Part shown: positions 1 through 10,210 of the stretch, in pieces
Layout of the letters: every line of letters begins with the position of its first letter
Position numbering within the stretch: the first letter of the stretch is position 1
Origin: Craspedostauros australis
Lineage: Eukaryota
Assembly: GCA_030167865.1 (NCBI GenBank)
Contig: JALAGF010001782.1
Span: forward strand, 1 to 43,398
DNA: 43,398 nucleotides
Direction of reading: 5' to 3'
Program-made: the position numbers and the translations under genes
Notes under the pieces: generated by a model
Databases searched by the model: none
Told to the model about the DNA's origin: nothing
The model's input: only the letters and a program-made list of their open reading frames with translations

Positions 1-640
1 TGTGATTGGTGGTTCATGACGCAGCAGCCAGTTTGGTGACGTAGATCACGGATCATGCAAACACTGGATAGAGTGGATGTAAACACGCACTCGCCGCTTC
101 TCCCAAAACTCTACAACTAGCGCTATCGTGGACAGGGTGTGGGATGGTCTCATCGGAACACGTCAAAAGGAGACTAAACAATTCAAAATCGGAACAAACT
201 TGCTGAAACAAAGAACAGCAAAGGGTTAACTTGGATCGATGTAGTCGTAGCCAAAAGGCTGAAACCCGAACGAGATGGACGAATGTGCAAATCCATCGGT
301 CCATAAAACTTAAAATACGGCCAACCTCGGAACTGGAATGGATTGGTATATGTTTTAGATCTATGAAGATTGCGAATATGTGCTTAGTTTGAAAATCCCA
401 GAAATTCGACTACACTCTTCATTTCAAACGATTGGTCGACTCACTGATGGATTATAATCCATCATCAGAACCAATCCACACATCAACACATCACCACACG
501 CCTCCACTTCAACAAGAAGAAACAAAGAAGGAAACTCAAATCTCGGAGGTGTCCTCATCCCCTCCCATGCTTTGGCCTGCACGCACGCGCCAGGACGCAC
601 AGGGCCACTTTTCCCCCATACCCACCGCGGAGGCCATCTC

Positions 641-3600
641 ATGAGGGATATGAGATATGACACGCAAACGCTTGGCGGATCACGCCAACGCAGAGACAGC
701 TTCGACCTTCGCAACGACAGCGAGCACATGTCGGTCAGCAACAGCCAATCCAACCTCGATGGGCAGAATCTCTTTGATGAGTTTGGTCCCATCTGCGTCA
801 CCAACGACATCTTGTACTTCGGACCATCAGTGCCTCATCTGAAGTACCACGCCGTGACACCGCCGTCCACATGGGCGGGGGCAACCCGCAGCCTCCTTCC
901 CAAGGAGTACATGCTCAATCTCCAACGTGACATCCGCCTGGACATGTCAACGCAGACTCTATCCGTCATTGACGATCAATCCAACGGGAAATGGGACTTC
1001 GAGATGCCGGTTTCGGAGTTTTCGATCCACGTGGAACCACCGATGGGAGGAGGCGTGATGAATCTGTACGTCAAGGGATCGACGAAAGAAGAGTGGATGG
1101 AGTTCACCTTTGACACGGCCCAGATGGCAGCGCAGTTCCAGATCGACCTTCTGGCGAATCAGGTGCTCGGCAAGGTCGTGTACTCGTTGTACCACGCACT
1201 GTGCCTCGTCTACGAAGGCAGCGAATGCCATGACGGTCAGGAGTTTGTGCTGCACGATCAGGAGGTAGTGGCGGCAGAGAAGGCCGAACAGAAGCCGGAC
1301 GAAGACAATACGCCCGTCCCCGCCGTATCGACCGGAGTTGCATGGGATGATGCGATGCGAGCATTGGGCGGTATCCCGTCCGTCCGCATCGCGCTCGAGC
1401 AGCTATGGATCTTCCAAAGCAAGAGCAAACGTGGAGGCAAGGGGTCCAGAAACAAGCCGCTGGCAGCTGCCGCCCTTCCCGCCAACAAGGTCGCGATGGC
1501 AATCCCCAAAGCGACGTCGGATGACCTCCTTACAGAACCCTACAAAGGCAGGCGGCTGCTGCTGGGTCCAATTGATTTCTTCCGTTTGTTCGTGCCGAAT
1601 CTCCCAGAGACCGCTCTACCAGACAGCGAGGCGCACAAGGAACGGATGGAGCAGCTGCTGAGATGGCGTCGAAAGGTCGCCCGTGCCGCGGTGCTGGTCA
1701 ACGCCTACCACAAAGCAAGGTGCATCGCCAACAGAGGGTGGAACCTTCCCGCGTCCGCAGGCGTTGGGCGTCAGTTGCTGAAGAAGCGGTTGGCGTACGA
1801 TGATAACGCGGAGAACAGTAAGCACGATATCCATGCCGAAAATGAGTACTACGAAGCGACCGTCTCCCGCGACGTCCGTTGCCTCGTAAGGCCAGGTAAC
1901 AAGTGCCTTCATGATGAAAGGAATGGCGGTGGAATATTCTTGTCGGAGCACATGCACGCCGAGTGCGTCTCCAGTCCCATTCAGGCGTACACGCTGGTGG
2001 GAACGCATTGTTTCATGCTTCCGGAGGACATGGCCCCATGCCATGGGCTGCACCGCTGCCGTGATCCTGTGGAGGCCATCCCCTCTCTGCGCGCGCTGAT
2101 CGCCAGCAATCCGGACGTTCACTTCTGGGTGACGAAGCACATCTCGTCGGTTCGGCACTGCTCTTTCATCGACGTATATGCAAGGTCGTTACCGCAAGGC
2201 GTGGACACAAGCTTTGATAATGTGGTACGTCAATGCAACCTGTTGTATGTGTGCGTGTGTGAGTTTGAGCTACTTGCAATGTTGCGCGCCTGGTGCCAGA
2301 CGCTAGACTCGCATGTGGTATGGTACATACTCCCACCCAATGGATTTGCGGCGTCCATTTCAGCTCCTTTCTTCTTTGGTTTGGTTTGATATGGTGCAAG
2401 GTGGTGTCGCTTCAAAATGCACAACTCAATTCCTTTCTCACTCCCAACCTTCTGATCCATTCATCTCTTCCACACGCAATCATGACACAAATGACACTCG
2501 CACCTACACCCACCCTATTGCACTCGACTCGACCTTAACCTTACCCTACCCTATCTGCCCGTTTGCTGTGTGCATATTCGTGCTGCCCAACCGCGCCCTC
2601 GAGCAGATGAGGAGATACTGCGAGGGAGGGCATAAAGTGCGCGATCGCAAACTCTACATGATGATGCAACTGGGAAGGACGGTCACACAATCGTTCATTT
2701 CATGGTTCGTCATCCGGTTGCTCATGTACTTGTTCAGCTTCACACAAAACAGGAGGGAATCGCCACGGATGCCCCGTGCGACCCAAAGTCGCAATCCGTT
2801 TCCAGCCATACACATCACGGACCTTTGCGATACCCTGCACTTTGGTGGTGCCTTGCAAACTGATGAATCGCTTCCGACCAACTACGTGGGTGCGACAATC
2901 GTGTATCAGACCGGCGTGATCCAGAGCTTTATCACTCGCCTTTTGTTCAACAAGCTGGAAAATGGCGCGATGGAGAAGCACATCATGGACTTTACGTGGA
3001 TCATCGAAGGTGAGCAAGACGACGAGCTTCCCGAGAGGGCCTTGTGCACATCCCGCGTGGTCCACATAAACATGACAGAAGTCGCCCTACCCGCCGACAC
3101 TAGCGCTGTGGTGAACGGTAATTATGCCATCGAATCAGAGAAGCAGAACGAAGGCCGAGAAACACGACGGCAGACGTTGTTTGCGCAGGCTATATCAGAT
3201 GTGGTGTCCAGATTTGGGAAGCAGAACGAAAGTGGTAAGGGCGGTCTGGATCCTGTGCTTGAGGAAAAGCCGGATGGTAGCGACGACGATTCGGCGAGCG
3301 CATCGTTCGAAGATGCATTGCGGTACGTGGACAGCGCTGATCCGTTCGAAATCGCCGCCAACAAGCTCACCGAAGTTTTGGAAGATGTCAGATTCGTGCC
3401 TGACCGAATAGCAAAGAGTAGCAGCGCTGCCGATGGCGTCAGCGTGGCATCCCCGAGATCGAATCTGCCCTCCAGCTGCACCGTTCTGGATAAGTTGAGC
3501 AGAGACGATATGAAGCGGTACTTCATCGCTTGCAGATGCAACCTCAAGGAAGCAGCCACGCGTCTCGTCAAGTCAGTAGCATGGAGAGAGGCCACGTTTC

Positions 3601-4382
3601 CCATTGATCCCAGGCGGTGCCGTTTGGAACTGCAAAACGGTCAATTCTTCCAGCAAGGACTCGACAAGGACGGCAACCTTGTGTTCTATTTTCGGAACAT
3701 GTGCCTGGGACCATGGCGGGAGAACGTTGATGCGGTCATCCTATCAGTCCTGCTTCGGTTGGAACGGGCCATCGAGCAACGTGCCATGACGGAGCCCAAC
3801 ATCAAGTGCACGCTGATCGTGTTCATGGGCATGCCGTACAAGGACAAGAAGAAGCCGAAGGGCAAGAAAGGCAAGGCGGACGACAAGCAATCCGCCACAG
3901 CCGACAAGTCGGAAACTGCAGGCGGCGACAGCTCGAAAAACGACGGCGACGGTGACGGCGATGCGAGCGAGGTTGATATCAACACCACTGCGTCCTCCCA
4001 GGAGGGAGCAGGAACGGCCGACGCCAGCAAGCCAAAGAGTGTTGGCCTGAGCAATCCGAGAATCCAGCAGGCGGAAAGCTGGCATTCTCACACCAACAGG
4101 GAGCTGGTGACCCGGCTGCTGGGCATTCTGGAGGAGCACTACCCTGAGCGTTTGGCAGCTGCCTACGTGGTGCCTGGCAGAGGCAAGCACAGCTACTACG
4201 ACGCCGTTTTTGCCGGGCGATCCAAGCTCTCCAAGTTCTTCCGCTCCGTCACCATGGACAAGATCCATTTCTTGAAGAATGACATCTCCAAGCTGGAAGA
4301 TGCCGTCCCACGCAAGATTCTGCTGAAGATGGTCGGTGGCGATGCCGATATTGATCCGTCCGCCTTTTCCGCAAGTTCATAG
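641..4382 (+). CDS. Large multidomain lipid-binding/transfer-like protein (possible PH-like region, EDR2 C-terminal/DUF1336 domain, CRAL-TRIO/Sec14 domain); 5' end probably incomplete
   Basis: Two long ORFs joined by a phase-0 intron 2225..2606 (GTG|GTACGT ... GAGCAG|ATG). DUF1336-like motifs: FDNVMRRYCEGGHKVRDRKL and DFTWIIEGEQDDELPERALCTSRVVHIN. CRAL-TRIO-like motifs: DMKRYFIACRCNLKEAATRLVKSVAWRE, FFQQGLDKDGNLVFYF and LEEHYPERLAAAYVV. The frame is open from 458, but the first ATG is at 641 and a CA-rich intron-like stretch precedes about 516, so an upstream exon is likely. Confidence 0.75.
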
Positions 4383-5250
4383 ACGCTGCAGCGTGGAGCA
4401 AAAGAAAGCGGAAGCGGAGGGTAGTCTCTACTCTCGAGAGTAGTCTGCTCTTCTCCAAATTGCAAATGTCTCGAGCACAAGTCCTCCTGCTGTAGTCGTA
4501 TGCGCATCCGTACATGAGCGTAGTCGCAACGTAAAGCATCTGTCATTCATTGTTACTCTCATCGTTGCCACCAACGTCTGCCGATTGGTGGATCGAGTGA
4601 ATGGAACCAACAACGCGGGAGGAATCGGTCGTGGTGTCTGAGCCTCGACAGATCCTCGAGATGCGCAGTGTTGGGTGCAAGAGACGTTGAAACGCAAGAG
4701 AGGGAGGCTTCGCGCAAGACTTCTCGCAGATCGTTTCCGCAGGGACGGTGTCAAGAGAGGAGAATCTTTTTGGCGCGTTCTCGATCATCCGTCAGTCCCG
4801 AATCATTTCTTTCGATATCATTATCCTTAGCGTTTATTGGTGAGAGGAGCAACAAATGGATTTTTTGTAAGAGATGAAGAATAATGCGAGTTGACGCTGG
4901 GGAGATGCGCGAAGTATCCAAATCACACAAACGAGTCTCTCACGAAGGGGAGAAACACTCCAAACAAAGAGACAAAGCGTCACAACGCAACGGCGCCATT
5001 GGATCTCCCTCCAGACACATCCTTCAGCAACGATAGATCCGCACTCAGGCACACTGGACAACTTCGTAACCATAATCACAATCACAGCAACACACAAACA
5101 CAACTTTGTGATTTCGCATTCAATTGCGACTGCACTTGCGACTGCGATTGCTATCAAAGTTGTGAAGAGCAAGATACAGGGAGCGGCCACTCGTGCAACT
5201 GATCGAAGACAACGTTCGCTACATCGAGCTGCAAGACCGACGCTCCCAAG

Positions 5251-5279
5251 ACACAAACACAAACACAAACACAAACACA
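5251..5279. repeat. (ACACAA)n microsatellite in the channel gene 5' leader
   Basis: acacaaacacaaacacaaacacaaacaca. Confidence 0.85.
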
Positions 5280-5319
5280 GGCTCAGATAAAGGAGCAACC
5301 GCAGAGGTTCCATCACAGG

Positions 5320-8300
5320 ATGACGGTTTCCAGACCACAGGAGGCGACGCCGCTGCTCACCGAAGCAGAAAGGCGCACAGCAACTCAGGAATCTCGACCA
5401 GCCGCAGCAGCAGCACCAACAGCGGCTGAACCGGCAGCAGGTTTCAGACTCGCGCTGTTCAACTTCCTGGAGGCCAAGACATCAGTCGGCAAGGTATACG
5501 AGAAGTTCATCGTTCTTCTCATCCTCGTCAACGTCTTTGCCTTCATCCTGGCGTCTCTCTTCCTTGAAGAATACAATCCGGTCGACTGGGCTGCTCGTGA
5601 GGGAGGCATTTGCGATGACACCTGCGACACCATCTGGTTTGGCAACTACAGCGACAATGGCTTGGAATTCCTGGGCATCGGATCGACCTCCGTCCTGGAG
5701 ATCTTCACGGTTGCCATCTTCAGTGTGGAGTATCTCCTGCGATTGTTGGTGGCAGACTTTGAGGATCCAAAGTTCTCCGGTCCACTCGGCAGACTGCGCT
5801 ACATCCCGACCTTCTTCTCCATGGTGGATCTCGCGTCGACGCTTCCATTCTTCGTCGATGCCTTCCTGCTTCAGGACACGGACCTGGCCGCCAGCTCCTT
5901 CCTTCGAATGTTCCGCCTCTTGAGAATGATGCGTGTCGAGGGACGCTACGACACAGCCTTGACAAGTAAGTCAGCAATCGCGCACATGCGCTGCTTCTGT
6001 TTTTCATCTTCTCGTCCAAATCACTCACGACGTCGCACCCATTCCACTGCTCCGTGCGCCACACTCACATATGTTCACATTGCCCGTACTTCTACACATG
6101 CGCACCTTCGAATGCACACCAATGCAAATACAATTGCGCAGTGGTGGATGACGTGTACGCAGCACAGAAGGGAATCTTAGGAACGGCACTCTTCGTCGGA
6201 CTGACAACCTGGCTGACAGTTTCCAGTCTCATGTACATCGTGGAGCGCCGTTCGCTCGACTTGATCTACTGCGGAGCAGCACCCGACTACTGCGGTGACA
6301 CCGACAACATCGACACCTCCTTGTGCACCATCGATGACTGGGGCATCGCGGATTGCGCCAACGCCGGCTGTCCAGCATCGGACGACTATCCCGAACCGTG
6401 CTACAATCTCTACCAGTCCATCCCGATGGCGTCCTACTACACTCTATTGAACCTTTTCGGCGAATTCCCACTCGTCGATGAGCACACCATCGGTGGAATG
6501 ATCGTCGGAACCTTGACAGCGGTTGTCGCGGTCGCCTTCTTCGCCCTGCCTGCCGGTATCATCGGCAACGGCTTCGAAGAGGAAATCGAAAAGCGACGCG
6601 CCAACGACGATGAGGCCCCAATTGTTGAGCGCGGCGGCGTCACGGCCGGTTACGAGGCCTCATCGAACACCATCAAGGGCAGGCTCTACAACTTCCTCCA
6701 CGCCATGTGCACGCCAGGTTCTGGAGGATTCGACAACTTCATCAATGTGCTCGTCGTCGGCACAGCGATGACATTCATGCTCGACACCCTCGTGTCGCTG
6801 CCATCAAACGTTCACGTTCTGTCGGACATATTCGAGCTGTTGGCAGTCAGCGTCTTCACCATCGAGTATTTGCTGCGTGTCTACTCTGCGACCGAGGACC
6901 CCAAGTACAAGGGCGTCGGAGGCCTTGTTTCCTACATGACGAACTTTCTGCCGCTGGTGGATCTCCTGAGTTTCGTGCCCTTCTGGATCGAGGTCTTCGT
7001 CACCGGGGAGCTCGTTTCGTCAGTCTCCGACTCCAGTTCGACGTGGAGCAACCTCGTCAAGTCCCTCCGCTTGCTCCGCATCCTCCGTTTCGAAAAGTAC
7101 ACGCATGCCTTCACGAGCTTCGATGATGTTCTGTCAAGAAACTCGGACGTGCTTGCTGTCACTGGATTCACGGCCTTGCTCATCTGGGTCTTCTTCGGTG
7201 CGTTCCTCTACTTCACGGAACGTGACAACCCAGACAGTGAGATGTCATCGAACTACAACACCATCCCAAATGCCATGTGGGTCACGCTCCTCAACCTCGC
7301 CGGCGAATCGCCCTTGTGCCAGTACTCCATCTGGGGCAAGATTGCCACCGGAATTTTGGGTCTCTTCGCGACAGGTGTTTTCGGCATCCCCATCGGTATT
7401 TTGGGCGCTGGATTTGAGCAGGTGGTGGAGGAAGAGAACGCGGACAACGCGGATGAGCTGCGGCGCGCAGCGCAGGCGATGAACCGTCGAAGAACCACGA
7501 TCGGCAGCACCATTGAACGCACTGCGTATCGGTTCGTCAATGGTCTGTCCGGTCAGCTCTCCGTGCTGTTCGAGAAGGGCATCTACCTCCTCATCTTCAT
7601 CGCGGTCGGCGTTGGAGTCTGGCAGACAGTCGATGGACACGAGAACGATTTCAATGAGGTCGAGCTGGCGGCAGTTGTGATCTTCACGCTGGAATACTTC
7701 ATCCGATTTATCGGAGTTGGCGCTGATCCCCAATTCGCGCCGGGACGCAATTCCATGACATCGAGGCTGCGTTTCATCTTCAGTTTCTATTCCATCATCG
7801 ATCTCTTGGCCATCGTGCCGTACTACGTCACAGTCGCCATGCCATCGTCGTTCCTCAACGAGTACGACGAGTATTTGCGCATGCTCCGTATCCTGCGTCT
7901 CGTCAAGCTCGACAAGTACATCCCGAGCATCACCCTCATCGACGATGTCATCCGGCTCAAGTTCAAGGCGCTGAGCGTCGCCTTCTACGCCGCTGTGACG
8001 CTTTGGATCCTCTTCGCATCTCTCATGTACGTCTTCGAGCACGGCGACAGGTCCAACGAGATCGACCCAGTCCCCGACTACGGATGCAACGAGTCGTGCA
8101 CCATGGCCGATCGTTTCCACAACTTCTTCGACAGCATGGTGTACACCGGCATTCATCTGACGGGAGACTACCCCATCATCACGTACAGCTGGCCGGCTCG
8201 GTTCGTCAACTTCTTCATGGTCATTTCGGCCGTCGGTGTCGTGTCGATTCCGTCCGGTCTCATCGCCTCCGGCTTCGTCGAGATCGTGCAGAGCAAATCG

Positions 8301-9395
8301 AAGGCAAGGCAGGCTCAGAGAGCGCAGCGCGCAGGAGGTCAGCCTGCAGCACCTATCGAAGGCCAGATCGGCGATGATTGGTACGAGCATGCCTACCGCG
8401 CTCTGGAAGGCGTCGATCCGCCGCCGTCCAGTTTCGGACCAACGATGGACAGGATGCAGCATGCTGTCAATGAATTCTTGAACGGAAAGGAGGACGCGGC
8501 GGGCGTCACTCGGTGGACGCTCACGGCGAAGATCTCCCGCACCTTCATTTTCATCGTGATCATTCTGAACGTCGGTGCCGTGCTTGCCGAGAGCATCCCA
8601 GCCGTGGACCAGGCGGTCGGCAACGCTCGAGGCAACGTCTTTGACGCATTCGAAGCATTCAGCGTGGTGGTGTTCGCGATGGAGTACGCCGCCAGGCTGT
8701 TCTCGGCACCCAAGAACAGAGAGGCCCTGTATTCCTCCACAGTGTATGCCACCACCTTCTTCGGAATCGTCGATTTCCTGTCCACAGCACCGTGGTTCGT
8801 GGAGCAAGGTCTGATCCACACTGGCAGTCTGAGCCGCAATGACGACAACGCCAGGATTTTCCGCATCTTCCGTATCTTCCGAATCCTCCAGCTGGAGGAC
8901 TTCATCGTCGCGTTCAGCAAGCTGGACAACGTATTCCGCGCGTCGAAGAACATCCTGAAGGCCACAGGGCTGATGGCCTTGATCATCTGGGTCGGATGCG
9001 GGGCTCTGTTCTACATCTTCGAGGAGAACAACCCGAACTGGCGATCATGCGACGACAGCATCCCACAATTCTCAGTGGAGGAGGGCACGCCAGGCTGCTA
9101 CGACTTCAACAGCACCGCCGCCTGCAACGCGTACTACCCCGACATGTGCGACCAGAAGGTGTTCACGAACATGCCGAACAGTCTGTACCTCACCGCCGTC
9201 TTTTTGGGTGGCGAATGGGGAGTTGTGGACTTCACATGGCCCGGCCGTATAGTGTGTCTCTTCCTTTGCGTTGTTGGCATCGGTCTTTACGCCATCCCGA
9301 CCGGCGCCCTGTTCGACAGCTTTGGCGCCGTTCTTGGCCTTGGTGGTGACGATGATGATGAAGAAGAAGAGGAGGAAGAGGAAGAAGCTAACTGA
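5320..9395 (+). CDS. Four-repeat (4x6TM) voltage-gated-like cation channel, about 1299 aa
   Basis: Exons 5320..5965 and 6142..9395, phase-1 intron (A|GTAAG ... GCGCAG|TG), 3900 nt. Four Ion_trans repeats, each with an S2 F-x-x-EY, an S3 (I/V)DL/DF, an Arg-rich S4 (LRMFRLLRMMR, KSLRLLRILR, LRMLRILRLVK, RIFRIFRIFRILQ), a pore helix, and an S6 (FFALPAGIIGNGF, VFGIPIGILGAGF, VVSIPSGLIASGF, LYAIPTGALFDSF). Acidic C-terminal tail. Confidence 0.9.
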
Positions 9396-10210
9396 GGCAG
9401 ATGACCGAAGCAAGTCTTATACTCTGATTGTATAAGACTCGTAAGCAACATGAAGGAATACCAATTCCTATTCCCTGTCTTTGTTTGCTGACGCATTGAA
9501 ATGGAGCGCAGCGAAGTTGTCGACTTTCTAGCCGGCTCTACCCAACTCTGTTCGACTGGTTTGTTAGTTTGCTTGTTCTTCACTTGCATTATATTCTATT
9601 CTAGAATATTATATTACTAATATTATATTATACCAGCATGTTGCGAGCCATGGTGTGCAATGGCGATTTTCGTTACCAAGAAGATGCGGAGTACCTGCGT
9701 CTTCGTTTTGGTTGTCATCGAGCAGCCTACATTCATCAGGATAGAATCGTGTTCTGTGCCGATGATGCTTGTGGGCAGATTGTGTCAAAGGATGTTTTGC
9801 TTGTTGACGTCACTCATTGCACACGTCGCGCGAGAACAACAAGTCACTTCTTCTGTTTTGCGATGTTCTGCTTCTGCTTCTTTTTCTGCCTGACGACTGC
9901 TAAAATGGCTTCCAGCTGATCGTGACCCTCGGCAGATCATCTCAGTTCATTTTACTCTGAGGAGTAACTCCATGAAGAGGATTAACTCTGCTCCCAACGA
10001 AGGCCGCAAGACGCATAGTTACAAACAGTTCCGCAATTGATCGGACCATCCATAACGACGACAACCAAGATCGCCATTCGTTGAATTGAGTACTCGAGAG
10101 GACTCTTTGATCGTCGGAGGCGTTGTTCGATTGACTGATTGATTGATCGACCAAACAACTGCAAGCCATCTCAGATCTGTCTCGCCAGCGGAAACACTCC
10201 ATTTGACACC

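Noticed and set aside
4834-5316. 160-aa Cys/Leu-rich ORF resembling a secreted peptide
   Set aside because: The LCLCLC run is the reverse complement of the ACACAA microsatellite in the channel gene leader.
7245-8819. Long antisense ORFs (524 aa here; also 25325..26305, 20663..21646, 33520..34530)
   Set aside because: They are shadows of GC3-rich sense genes, which leave few stops on the opposite strand, and have no recognisable motifs.
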